Program-made: the position numbers and the translations under genes
Notes under the pieces: generated by a model
What the model saw: only the letters and a program-made list of their open reading frames with translations
Database searches by the model: none
Told to the model about the DNA's origin: nothing
Part shown: piece after piece, positions 1 through 10,786 of the stretch
Layout of the letters: every line of letters starts with the position of its first letter
Position numbering within the stretch: the stretch's first letter is position 1
Origin: an uncultured delta proteobacterium
Lineage (GTDB): Bacteria > Desulfobacterota > Binatia > Binatales > Binataceae
NCBI GenBank assembly: GCA_963808235.1
Contig: CAWEEQ010000004.1
Location: forward strand, 864,001 to 928,000
Length of the DNA: 64,000 bases
Direction of reading: 5' to 3'

Positions 1-92
1 GCGCATGGAAGCTGTGCGTCAACTCGCTGCACGTGGACTTTTTGACCGCGCAGGCGATCGTTTCGAACCTGGCCGGCCAAAAGTCGGACTAG
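1..92 (+). CDS. 3' end of an upstream CDS (partial, unknown product)
   Basis: Open frame from nt 3 (AWKLCVNSLHVDFLTAQAIVSNLAGQKSD) ending TAG at 90-92, with GC3-rich codons. Confidence 0.4.
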   Translation, partial: AWKLCVNSLHVDFLTAQAIVSNLAGQKSD

Positions 93-150
93 GCTCGCCT
101 ACATGGCCGTGCATCGGCTCGAGCGGCATAGTTCGTCTTCAAGAGTTTTC

Positions 151-230
151 TTTGTCAGCGATCAGTTGACGTTGGCTGAAGCAGGATGGATTGACTCCCG
201 CCGCGCCACAGTTGAGTATAGCCGCCACGC
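151..230 (+). promoter_or_regulatory. Conserved upstream element of stalked protein 1 (imperfect GTCA-N9-TGAC palindrome plus TTGACT -35-like box)
   Basis: 27 nt TTTGTCAGCGATCAGTTGACGTTGGCT (151-177) is identical to 3655-3681 upstream of the paralog; both are followed by GATGGATTGACTC...AGTATA. Confidence 0.55.
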
Positions 231-267
231 GATAGCATCTTAGTGCTCTCGGGGACGTCGCCAGATA

Positions 268-3200
268 ATGAACGGATCGCGTGGTAAAGGGAGAATTGCC
301 GCGGTCACGATCTTCTGCGTGATCGTGTCCGGCGTGGTCGGCGTTGCAGTTCTCACCACTTCGCTTGCTTCCTCGGGTTTTGACGTCCTGCAGCAACTGG
401 TTCTTCCGCCTCCGCCACGCCCCTTCGCGATGCCTTCTGGTGCGGAGTCTCAATCGCAGTCGCCGACGCCTCCTTCCGATTCTCAGCCGGCCTTGGGCGC
501 GCCGACCATAACCTCCGGCGTCTGGACGGCGCTTAATAATCAGCCGACCTTCAGCCCGGGCAGCGCATTCCTGCTCACCGACGGGACAGTACTGGTCGAG
601 GACAATACCTTGACCAACGCCGCCTGGTGGACCCTCTCGCCGGACATTACGGGCAGCTATATCAATGGGACGTGGAACCAGGTGGCGTCGCCGCCGGCTT
701 GCGCCAACGGTTATCCCGGAGCGTCGGCGGACACGGTTTACGCACCGCTGTACTACGGCTCGGCGGTGCTGCCAGACGGCCGGTTCGTTATCATCGGCGG
801 CGAATACGACTTCAACTACACCTACTTCAATGGCAGTGGCGAGGTATGGACCGATCAGGGAGCTATTTACGATCCGGTCGCAAACAGCTGGAAGTGTATC
901 GCGCCTCCGACCGGGTGGATCAACATCGGCGATGCGCAGTCGGTGGTTCTGTCGGACGGGACCTTCATGATCGCGCATCCGTTCAATGACGGATCAGCCG
1001 GCGGAAACCAGGTCGCCACCTTGAACGCGAGCACGAATCCCCCGACGTTCAATGCTCCCTTTACCCCGACTGGCAAGACCGCCGACGGACAGAATGATGA
1101 AGAAGGATGGGAGTTGCTGCCGAATGGCACCGTACTGACGCTTGAGGTTTTCAACTCGAGTGACAGCACCGTTACTCCAGCCTTGGCCTACAATTCCTCC
1201 ACGAAGGCATGGAGCAGCGCGGGGACGGCACCGGATCCGCTCGCGCTTCTCAAGAAGGGGCCCGTAACCTACGACGAAATCGGGCCGGCGTTGTTGCGTC
1301 CCGACGGCACCGTGTTCGCCTCCGGAGGTACCGGCTTCAACAACGTCTACGACAGCGCTGCCAATACCTGGTCGAGCGGACCTAGCTTTCCAACTATCGT
1401 CGACAACTACAACAACGGGGGCGGCTGCGTCCTTAACAATGTGACCGAGCAATTGGCGTCGGCCGATGCTCCGGCGGCACTCCTTCCCGACGGCAACGTG
1501 CTGATCGCGCCTGGTCCGGTCGATAGCAGTTCGGCTTGCGAATGGGTTCCGCCGACCATATTTTTCGAGTTCGATGGGACCAACCTGACCCAGGTCGCGC
1601 AACCTGATTTTGCGAACGATGTCCCATCGTACGCCGGGCGCTTGCTGCTGCTGCCCACGGGCCAGGTCCTCTATACCAACGGGTTCGGATTTATCGAGCT
1701 GTACACGCCCGCGGGGACTCCCAACGCGTCGTGGGCCCCGACTATTGCGACCTCGCCGTCCACGGTGGATCCGGGCGGAACGAACTATGCTATCAGCGGC
1801 ACGCAGTTCAACGGCCTGTCGCAAGCGGTCGCCTATGGGGACGATTACCAGGCCGCCACCAACTATCCGTTGGTGCGAATCACCAACAATGCCACCGGTG
1901 ACGTCTTCTACGCGCGCACTCACAATCACAGCACCATGGCTATCGCGACGGGCAGCACAACAGTCTCGACTGAGTTCGACGTTCCGGCGGGAATCGAACC
2001 GGGTCCGAGCACGCTGGTCGTCGTAGCAAACGGTATCGCATCCGCATCGGTGGCGGTCACCGTGACCGGTGTCGTCGCGTCTCCAACTCCGACCGCGACC
2101 GCGACCGCGACCGCAACGGCGACGGCGACAGCGACAGCAACTGCAACCAAGACAGCGACGCCGACTGCAACCGCAACCAGGACGCCGACCCCAACGGCGA
2201 CCAGGACCGCGACGGCTACGGCAACCCGGACTGTAACGGCGACAGCAACGGCAACCGCAACCAGGTCTGCAACGCCAACGGCGACTGCAACTTCGTCGAC
2301 AACTGCGACCAAGACTGCAACGCCGACATCCACCGCGACGTCGACTGGTTCCGCGACTCCGACGGCGACTGCTACCGCAACACCAACGGCAACCGCCACC
2401 GCGACCAACACTGCGACGCCAACGGCGACCGCGACTGCAACCAAGACGGCCACGGCCACCGCAACGGCGACCAACACCGCAACAGCAACGGCGACCGCGA
2501 CCAGCAGCCAAACGCCTACATCCACCGCGACATCGACTGGGTCGGGAACTCCGACTGCGACCGCAACCAGGACCGCAACGGCGACTGCGACTGCGACAAA
2601 TACTGCGACGCCGACATCCACCGCGACGTCGACTGGATCGGGAACTCCGACTGCGACCGCAACCAGGACTGCCACAGCAACAGCGACCGCGACCAGCAGC
2701 CAAACGCCTACATCCACCGCGACATCGACTGGGTCGGGAACTCCGACTGCGACCGCAACCAGGACCGCAACGGCGACTGCGACTGCGACAAATACTGCGA
2801 CGCCGACATCCACCGCGACGTCGACTGGATCGTCGACTCCGACTGCGACCGCAACCAAGACCGCCACGGCAACGGCGACTGCCACCAGCAGCCAAACGCC
2901 TACATCCACCGCGACGTCGACTGGATCGGGGACTCCGACAGCGACCTCAACCAGGACCGCAACGGCAACAGCGACCGCGACCAGCAGCCAAACGCCTACA
3001 TCCACCGCGACGTCGACTGGATCGGGAACTCCGACCGCGACCGCGACGAGGACCGCCACGACAACGGCGACCGCTACCGCCACGGCGACCCCGACGGCGA
3101 CCGCAACTTCAACTTCAACGGGTTCGGTGGTGCCGACTCCGACGGCTACCCCCACTGCGACCGCGACTGCGACTCCAACCGTAACGGCAACCCCGACTGC

Positions 3201-3549
3201 TACGGTCACTGCGACTCCGGTTCCCGAGATTTTGAAGGTCAAGCCTGCGAAAGACGGTTTCGGCGGCGTGAGCGTGGGTCAGCATGTCGTCAAAACGATT
3301 ACCCTCAAGAATCCGGCCGTGAACGGACCGCCGATCACGTTCGGGATTCCGCTTGCAACGACGTCCGACCCGGCAGATTTCCAGACCGGCGCCACGACCT
3401 GCCATGCGCAGCTGCTCCCGCAGAAAAAATGCAAGCTCAAGGTGAAATTCGCTCCGACTACGTCCGGCCAAAAGTCCTCGACGCTCACAATCTTTGACAA
3501 CGCGGCCAATGCGAACCAGCAAGTCCCGCTGAAAGGAACCGGGCAGTAG
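268..3549 (+). CDS. Secreted/surface protein: Kelch-like beta-propeller + Ig-like domain, Thr/Ala-rich stalk, C-terminal ASH/choice-of-anchor-D-like Ig domain
   Basis: N-terminal hydrophobic segment; repeated LLxDGxVL/F blade motifs; about 380 aa of TATATPT repeats; C-terminal 'C...L.P..KC.LKVKFAPT..G.KS..LTIFDNA.N..Q.VPL.GTG' Ig-like domain. Confidence 0.85.
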   Translation: MNGSRGKGRIAAVTIFCVIVSGVVGVAVLTTSLASSGFDVLQQLVLPPPPRPFAMPSGAESQSQSPTPPSDSQPALGAPTITSGVWTALNNQPTFSPGSAFLLTDGTVLVEDNTLTNAAWWTLSPDITGSYINGTWNQVASPPACANGYPGASADTVYAPLYYGSAVLPDGRFVIIGGEYDFNYTYFNGSGEVWTDQGAIYDPVANSWKCIAPPTGWINIGDAQSVVLSDGTFMIAHPFNDGSAGGNQVATLNASTNPPTFNAPFTPTGKTADGQNDEEGWELLPNGTVLTLEVFNSSDSTVTPALAYNSSTKAWSSAGTAPDPLALLKKGPVTYDEIGPALLRPDGTVFASGGTGFNNVYDSAANTWSSGPSFPTIVDNYNNGGGCVLNNVTEQLASADAPAALLPDGNVLIAPGPVDSSSACEWVPPTIFFEFDGTNLTQVAQPDFANDVPSYAGRLLLLPTGQVLYTNGFGFIELYTPAGTPNASWAPTIATSPSTVDPGGTNYAISGTQFNGLSQAVAYGDDYQAATNYPLVRITNNATGDVFYARTHNHSTMAIATGSTTVSTEFDVPAGIEPGPSTLVVVANGIASASVAVTVTGVVASPTPTATATATATATATATATATKTATPTATATRTPTPTATRTATATATRTVTATATATATRSATPTATATSSTTATKTATPTSTATSTGSATPTATATATPTATATATNTATPTATATATKTATATATATNTATATATATSSQTPTSTATSTGSGTPTATATRTATATATATNTATPTSTATSTGSGTPTATATRTATATATATSSQTPTSTATSTGSGTPTATATRTATATATATNTATPTSTATSTGSSTPTATATKTATATATATSSQTPTSTATSTGSGTPTATSTRTATATATATSSQTPTSTATSTGSGTPTATATRTATTTATATATATPTATATSTSTGSVVPTPTATPTATATATPTVTATPTATVTATPVPEILKVKPAKDGFGGVSVGQHVVKTITLKNPAVNGPPITFGIPLATTSDPADFQTGATTCHAQLLPQKKCKLKVKFAPTTSGQKSSTLTIFDNAANANQQVPLKGTGQ
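2085..3220 (+). repeat. Coding low-complexity Thr/Ala/Pro repeat with 96/192-bp higher-order units
   Basis: CCAGCAGCCAAACGCCTACA recurs at 2501, 2693, 2885 and 2981 (spacings 192, 192 and 96 bp). Confidence 0.9.
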
Positions 3550-3654
3550 AGATCCCGCGCCAAAAGTAAAAAGTAAAATGTCCGACCAGTTTGCCCATGC
3601 GACGGCCCCCGCGTCGGCGCGAAGGGGCACCAATTCGCCTTCGTTGAGCTTTCT

Positions 3655-3735
3655 TTTGTCAGCGATCAGTTGACGTTGGCTTAGGCGAGATGGATTGACT
3701 CGCTTGCCGCCACCGTAAAGTATATCCGCCACGCA
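3655..3735 (+). promoter_or_regulatory. Second copy of the conserved upstream element
   Basis: Matches 151-230 (27 nt identical, then TTGACT and AGTATA boxes). Confidence 0.55.
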
Positions 3736-3775
3736 GTAGTATTTTGCTGCCATCTGGGAGGATGCCGTCGCACAC

Positions 3776-6700
3776 ATGAACCGACCGCGTGGCAGGGGGG
3801 AGTTGCCGCGCTCGCGATCTTCTTAGCGATCGTATCGGGCGTGCTGGGCCTTGCGGTCCTCACCACTTCGCTTGCCTCGGACTTTGGCGGTGTGGAAGAA
3901 GTTTCGCCCCCACGTCCTTTCCCAGTTCCTTCTGCCGTGGAAGGTGACTCGCCGGCGCCGGCACCGGCGCCTCCATCCGATTATGTGCCGGCCCCAGGCG
4001 CGCCGACCATAACCTCCGGCGTCTGGACGGCGCTTAATAATCAGCCGCCGTTCCATCCCGGCAGCGCATTCCTGCTCACCGACGGGACCGTATTAGTCGA
4101 GGATGGTACCTTGACCAACGCTGCCTGGTGGACGCTCACGCCGGACATTACCGGCAGCTATATCAATGGAGCGTGGAACCAGGTGGCGTCGCCGCCGGCT
4201 TGCGCCAACGGTTATCCAGGAGCGTCGGCGGACACGGTCTATGCGCCGTTGTACTACGGCTCCGCCGTGCTGGCTGACGGCCGGTTCGTCATCATCGGCG
4301 GCGAATACAACTTCGATTACACCTACTTCAATGGCAGTGGCGAGGTATGGACCGATCAGGGAGCTATTTACGATCCGGTCGCAAACAGCTGGAAGTGTAT
4401 CGCGCCTCCGACCGGATGGGTCAATATCGGCGATGCGCAGTCGGTGGTTCTGTCGGACGGGACCTTCATGATCGCGCATCCGTTCAATGACGGATCAGCC
4501 GGCGGAAACCAGGTCGCCACCTTGAACGCGAGCACGAATCCCCCGACGTTCAATGCTCCCTTTACCCCGACTGGCAAGACCGCCGACGGACAGAATGATG
4601 AAGAAGGATGGGAGTTGCTGCCGAATGGCACCGTACTGACGCTCGAGGTTTTCAACTCGAGTGACAGCACCGTTACTCCAGCCTTGGCCTACAATTCCTC
4701 CACGAAGGCATGGAGCAGCGCGGGGACGGCACCGGATCCGCTCGTGCTGCTGAAGAAGGGGCCGTAACCTACGATGAAATCGGGCCGGCGCTGTTGCGTC
4801 CCGACGGCACCGTGTTCGCCTCCGGAGGTACCGGCTTCAACGACATCTACAACAGCGCCACCAATACCTGGTCGAGTGGCCCGAGCTTTCCGACTATCTC
4901 CGATACTTACAACAGCGGGAGCGGCTGCGTCCTTAACAATGCGACCGAGCAATTGGCGTCGGCCGATGCTCCGGCGGCACTCCTTCCCGACGGCAACGTG
5001 CTAATCGCGCCTGGTCCGGTCGATAGCAATTCGGCTTGCGAATGGGTTCCGCCGACCGAATTTTTCGAGTTCGATGGGACCAGCCTGACCCAGGTCGCGG
5101 AACCCACCTTCGCGCCCGATGTCCCGTCGTACGCCGGGCGCTTGCTGCTGCTGCCCACGGGCCAGGTCCTCTACACCAACGGGTTTAACTATATCGAGCT
5201 GTACACGCCCGCGGGGACTCCCAATGCGTCGTGGGCCCCGACTATTGCGACCTCGCCGTCCACGGTGGATCCGGGCGGAACGAACTATTCACTGACCGGC
5301 ACGCAGTTTAATGGTCTGTCGCAAGCGGTCGCGTACGGAGACGATTACCAGGCGGCCACCAACTATCCGCTGGTGCGAATCACCAACAATGCCACCGGGG
5401 ACGTCTTCTACGCCCGCACTCACAATCACAGCACCATGGCGGTCGCGACCGGTAGTGCGACGGTCTCGACTGAGTTCGACGTTCCGGCGGGAATCGAGCC
5501 GGGTCCTAGCACGCTGGTCGTCGTAGCAAACGGTATCGAATCCGCATCGGTGGCGGTCACCGTGACTGGTGTCGTCGCGACTCCAACTGCGACCGCGACG
5601 GCAACTGCAACTGCAACCAGGACGGCGACTGCAACGGCAACGGCAACCAAGACTGCGACGGCAACGGCAACGGCGACGGCAACGGCAACCAAGACTGCGA
5701 CGGCAACTGCTACTGCAACGAGGACTGCCACGGCAACGGCAACCGCGACCAATACTGCGACGCCGACAGCGACCGCGACTGCAACCAGGACCGCAACGGC
5801 AACTGCGACCAACACCGCAACAGCAACCGCGACCGCGACCAATACTGCGACGTCGACAGCGACCAACACCACGACGCCGACGGCCACCGCAACCACAACT
5901 GCAACGCCAACAACTACCGCGACACCAACGGCAACTGCGACCGCCACTAATACCGCGACGCCGACGGCCACCTCGACCGCAACCAGGACGGCCACGGCAA
6001 CCGCCACCTCGACCAACACCCCAACAGCAACGGCGACCGCGACCAATACCGCGACGCCGACCGCGACTCCGACGGCCACCGCGACTACAACTGCCACCAG
6101 GACCGCGACCGCCACGGCAACCGCGACCAATACTGTGACGCCCACAGCCACCGCGACTGCGACTAGGTCGGCGACTCCGACCGCAACCTCAACTGCGACC
6201 GCGACGCCAACCGCAACTACAACGTCGACGCCAACGGCCACCGCAACGCCGACGGCTACCGCGACCACAACTGCAACGTCGACAGCGACCGCAACCAGGA
6301 CGGCCACGGCAACCGCCACCAGGACCGCGACGCCAACCGCTACGGCAACGGCTACTGCGACGCCAACCGCAACTGCAACCGCGACCAACACCGCAACAGG
6401 AACGCCAACCAATACTGCGACGCCGACGGCGACTGCGACCGCAACCAGAACCTCGACGCCTACGGCAACCGCTACCGCGACGGGGTCGACGACTCCGACC
6501 GCGACTGCAACTGCGACCTCGACGCCAACGGCAACCGCGACCAATACTGCCACGTCGACGGCGACCGCGACGCCGACGGCTACAGCAACATCGACTGCGA
6601 CCGCGACCAGGACCGCGACCGCCACGGCGACCGCGACAAATACTGCGACGCCGACCGCGACCGCAACTGCGACCACCACGCCGACCGCAACTACAACGTC

Positions 6701-8629
6701 GACGCCAACGGCCACCGCAACCAACACCGCAACAGCAACGGCGACCGCTACCGATACTCCAACGTCAACGGCGACCGCGACTGCAACCGTCACCAGGACT
6801 GCAACGTCGACGGCTACGGCAACGGCCACTACAACGCCAACCGCAACTGCAACTTCGACGCCAACGGCAACCGCGACCAGGACCGCGACCTCAACTGCGA
6901 CCGCGACTCCAACGTCGACGGCTACCGCGACTGCAACCGCCGCGACGCCGACGGCGACTGCAACCGCCACCAGAACTGCGACGCCGACCGCTACGGCAAC
7001 GGCCACCGCAACCGCAACTGCAACGTCGACAGCCACCGCGACACCAACGGCAACTGCGACCGCCACCAATACCGCGACGCCGACAGCCACCTCGACCGCA
7101 ACCAGGACGGCCACGGCTACCGCAACTGCGACCAACACCGCAACAGCAACGGCGACCGCGACCGCAACTGCGACGCCGACGGCGACCGCAACCAGAACCT
7201 CGACGCCCACGGCAACCGCCACGGCGACGGGGTCGGCGACTCCGACCGCAACTGCAACGCCGACGGCAACTGCAACCGCGACCAACACCGCAACAGGAAC
7301 GCCGACCAATACTGCGACGCCGACGGCGACCGCAACCAGAACCTCGACGCCCACGGTAACCGCCACGGCGACGGGGTCGGCGACTCCGACCGCAACCGCG
7401 ACTGCAACCGCCACGAGGACTGCCACGGCCACGGCGACCGCGACCAATACTGCGACGGCGACGGCGACTGCGACAGGGTCGGCGACTCCGACCGCGACCG
7501 CTACTCCAACGTCGACGGCGACCGCGACTGCAACCGCCACTAGGACCGCGACGCAGACGGCTACGGCCACTGCGACGCCAACCGCAACTGCAACCTCGAC
7601 GCCAACGGCAACCGCGACCGGGACCGCGACGGCTACGGCGAGCGCAACCACACTGCGACTCCGACCGCGACCTCAACTGCGACCGCGACCAGGACCGCGA
7701 CGGCTACCATGACTGCAACCGCCACCAGGAACGCGACGCAGACGGCTACGGCCACTGCGACGCCAACCGCAACGGCAACCTCGACGCCAACGGCGACCGC
7801 GACCAATACTGCGACGTCGACGGCGACCGCGACTGCAACCGCCACTAGGACCGCGACGCAGACGGCTACGGCAACGGCCACTGCGACGCCAACCGCAACT
7901 GCAACCTCGACGCCAACGGCAACCGCGACCAATACTGCGACGCCCACAGCCACCGCGACTGCGACCGCAACCTCGACCGCGACCGCGACCACGACGGCCA
8001 CAGCCACCGCGACTGCGACTGGGTCGGCGACTCCGACCGCGACCTCAACTGCGACCGCGACGCCGACGGCTACAGCAACCTCGACCGCGACCGCGACCAG
8101 GACCGCGACGGCCACAGCCACCGCGACTGCGACTGGGTCGGCGACTCCGACCGGGACCTCAACTGCGACTGCGACTCCGACCGGCACTGCAACGCCAACC
8201 GCAACCGCAACCGGGACGGCAACCGTCACGGCGACCCCGACCGCTACTGCGACGCCAACGACTACGGCGACTCCTACCGGTACTCCGACTCAGACGCCGG
8301 TTCCCGAGTCTTTGAAGGTCAAGCCGACGAGCGAAGGTTTCGGCGTCGTGAGCGTGGGTCAGGGTGTGGTCAAGACTTTTACGCTTAAGAATCCGGCCTT
8401 GAAGGGACCGCCAATCACGTTCGGGATTCCGCTTGCAACGACGTCCGACCCACTGGATTTCCGCATCGGGACCACGACCTGCCATGCGCAGTTGTTCCCG
8501 CAGACAAAGTGCACGCTCAAGGTGAAATTTGCTCCCACCACCCCCGGACCAAAGTCCTCGACGCTCACCATCTTTGACAACGCGGCGAATGCGAACCAGC
8601 AAATCCCGCTGAAAGGAACCGGGCAGTGA
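3776..8629 (+). CDS. Paralog of 268..3549 with a longer (about 900 aa) Thr/Ala stalk; frameshifted three times (likely sequencing errors, or a pseudogene)
   Basis: ATG 3776 (MNRPRGRG, cf. MNGSRGKG). Single-base deletions at the G6 run 3795-3800, at about 4762 (GGGCCGTAA vs GGGCCCGTA in the paralog) and at about 7650 would join ORFs 3841..4767, 4710..7712 and 7709..8629. Confidence 0.8.
5580..8300 (+). repeat. Coding low-complexity Thr/Ala/Pro repeat (about 2.7 kb)
   Basis: Continuous ACN-GCN codon repeats. Confidence 0.9.
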
Positions 8630-8721
8630 AAAGTGAAAAAGTGAAAAAGTGAAAGGTGAAAAACTGAGATAGTCCGGCTATATTTGAGTTTCTCACTCTC
8701 TCACTGTCTCACTCTGGTCAC
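8625..8721. repeat. STRR-like 7-8-mer tandem repeats with an inverted partner array
   Basis: AGTGAAA(A)-like x5 (8625-8664), then TCTCACT-like x4 (8690-8721). Confidence 0.7.
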
Positions 8722-8802
8722 GGTCGAAGAGACGCGTTCGATGAGATTGGCGGGCTATAGTTGCAAAAGCTCGCCGGCGAAAATCCCCACCAGGTAACCG
8801 TT

Positions 8803-9678
8803 ATGAAGATAGGACTTCATCTGCCGCAAATCGGGGCCGAGACCGAGCAGATCGCGCGGATCGCACGGCGCGCGGAGGATACCGGCTACGAGTCAATCTG
8901 GGTGAGCGATCACCTGATGGTGCCGGAGTCGGGCGGGCGCCTGCCGCCGCTGGAGATCATGGAGCCGCTGACGACGCTCGGCTACGTCGCGGCTCTAACC
9001 CGCCGGATCAAGCTTGCGACCAGCGTGATCGTCGTCCCGTATCGCAACGCAATACATCTGGCCAAGGAACTCGCGACGCTGGACCGGCTGTCGTCGGGAC
9101 GGATCGTCGCGGGCGTGGCCAGCGGATGGCTCGAGGCGGAGTTTCGCGCGCTCGGGGTTTCGTTCGAGAATCGGGGCGCATACACCGACGAAGCGATTGC
9201 GCTGATGCGTGAGATGTGGTCGAGCGCGGTGCCGGATTTTCACGGAAAGTTCTTTAACGTCAGCGCGATGCGCTTCGGGCCGCGTCCTTTGGCCGGCACG
9301 ATTCCAATCTGGGTTGGCGGTATCAGCCGGCGCGCGATACGCCGGGCAGTCGAGCTCGGCGATGGATGGCATGGCACGCGGATGAATCCGGACCAGGTCG
9401 CGGAGCGAATCGGATGGATACGCGAGCTTGCCGCGCGGCGCGGCCGAAGTCTCGACGGTTTTAAGATTAGCCATCGTGTGTACATCGGCTTTGCGCCGAA
9501 GTGGACCGAGACCGGCGGATATGTCGAAGGAATCCTGGCGCCGCCCGCAGAGCTCGCCGACTACCTGAATCGATATGCAGCGATCGGTGTCGACGAAATC
9601 CTGATAAGCCCGCTCGGCGGCGGACTCGGCAAATTTCTCGATCGCTTCGACGCCGAAGTCCGACCGCGTCTCGGATGA
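8803..9678 (+). CDS. LLM-class (probably F420-dependent) oxidoreductase
   Basis: MKIGLHLPQ start, 'WVSDHL', 'LAKELATLDRLSSGR', 'PIWVGG', 'RRAVELGDGW' motifs. Confidence 0.85.
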   Translation: MKIGLHLPQIGAETEQIARIARRAEDTGYESIWVSDHLMVPESGGRLPPLEIMEPLTTLGYVAALTRRIKLATSVIVVPYRNAIHLAKELATLDRLSSGRIVAGVASGWLEAEFRALGVSFENRGAYTDEAIALMREMWSSAVPDFHGKFFNVSAMRFGPRPLAGTIPIWVGGISRRAIRRAVELGDGWHGTRMNPDQVAERIGWIRELAARRGRSLDGFKISHRVYIGFAPKWTETGGYVEGILAPPAELADYLNRYAAIGVDEILISPLGGGLGKFLDRFDAEVRPRLG

Positions 9679-9835
9679 CGGATCGTATAGTCAGATCGAT
9701 AGTCACATTCCGTTAACTTACTACTAATCATTACGACATCAAGTTAATTTTCCATTACTCTGTTCCCTAATAGCGACTACCCGCGCTAAACCCTACGCCG
9801 CGAGTTACTCAAATCGCTCGCTTGCGGGAGGGGAC

Positions 9836-10548
9836 ATGAATAGAAAATGGCGAAGTTCGTGTCGGTTGGCCGTGGCGCTGAGCTTGACGCTGCTGTTTGC
9901 CGGCTGCGCGCAGATCCAACAGCGGATGGCTGAGCCACGCGAACTCGGATGGTGCACAGTAGGAGGTATCGCATTAGGCGCTGCGATCGGCTCGGGCGTT
10001 GGCTTCGCCGTCGGAGACGCGAGCGAGGGCAAAGACGGCTCGCGCTCCAGGGAAATTGCGGGCGCGCTCGGAGGTGCGGGAATCGGCGCGATCGTCGGCG
10101 GGGTCGCGGGGCACTACATCTGCGATCCACTCGTGCCTCCTCCGCCACCGCCTCCGCCGCCACCCCGCCTCCTCCTCCACCACCGCCGCCACCGCCGCCG
10201 CCTGCCAGGGAGAAGCTGGTGCTGCGCGGAGTGCATTTCGATTTCAACAAATCGAATATCCGGCCCGGCGACGCCGCGGTTTTGGATGAAGCCGCGTCAA
10301 CTCTGAAGGCCAATCCAAACGTCACTATCGATGTGAACGGGTATTGCGATGCGATCGGCGGCGAGGAGTATAACTTGAGGCTCTCCGATCGGCGCTCAAA
10401 TTCGGTCGTGGATTATCTGGAGCATCAGGGAATTCCGGCGAGCCAGCTGGTCCCGCACGGATACGGCAAGACCAATTTCGTCGCGACCAACGACACGGCC
10501 GAAGGCCGCTCGCAGAACCGTCGCGTCGAGCTGGTGCCGGAGCAATAA
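9836..10548 (+). CDS. OmpA-family lipoprotein with glycine zipper and poly-Pro linker (one frameshift at about 10165)
   Basis: Lipobox LFAGC and Gly-zipper in ORF 9836; OmpA C-terminal domain (VHFDFNKS, YNLRLSDRR, NRRVEL) in ORF 9949; frame changes within the C-rich Pro tract. Confidence 0.85.
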
Positions 10549-10565
10549 CGAACGCATACATGCGC

Positions 10566-10595
10566 CGGGGCGCTCGCAATCCCGCGAGCGCCCCG
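10566..10595 (+). terminator. Strong hairpin after the OmpA-family gene
   Basis: CGGGGCGCTCGC-AATCCC-GCGAGCGCCCCG, 12-bp stem, no U-tract. Confidence 0.5.
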
Positions 10596-10786
10596 ATCGG
10601 GAATCAGCAAAAGCATCTGTAGGATTCCGCCGGTTTGCGCTAACTTCACTTCGATTCGCGCCATGCGCTTTGGGCGCGTCCTGGATTCAAAATGATCCGA
10701 AGGTCGAGCGGCGCGGGGGTAGCGGTCCTGCCGTTTCTTGTTTGCGGTTACGTGGCTATGCTCTAGCGGCTCGCGAGGGAAAGTCG

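Noticed and set aside
1926-8229. Long minus-strand Val/Ala (VAVAV) and Arg/Cys-rich ORFs (1926..3242, 994..2895, 5426..7651, 7633..8229)
   Set aside because: Antisense or out-of-frame shadows of the Thr/Ala codon repeats
2085-8300. Repeat arrays as possible CRISPR
   Set aside because: In-frame coding repeats without a constant repeat/unique spacer structure; no cas genes
10140-10205. Programmed ribosomal frameshift in the OmpA-family gene
   Set aside because: No slippery heptamer; a missing C in a C-run is simpler given the other indels nearby
10753-10767. TGGC-N7-TAGC sigma54-like site before patatin
   Set aside because: Imperfect -12 element, and the implied start site would fall inside the RBS
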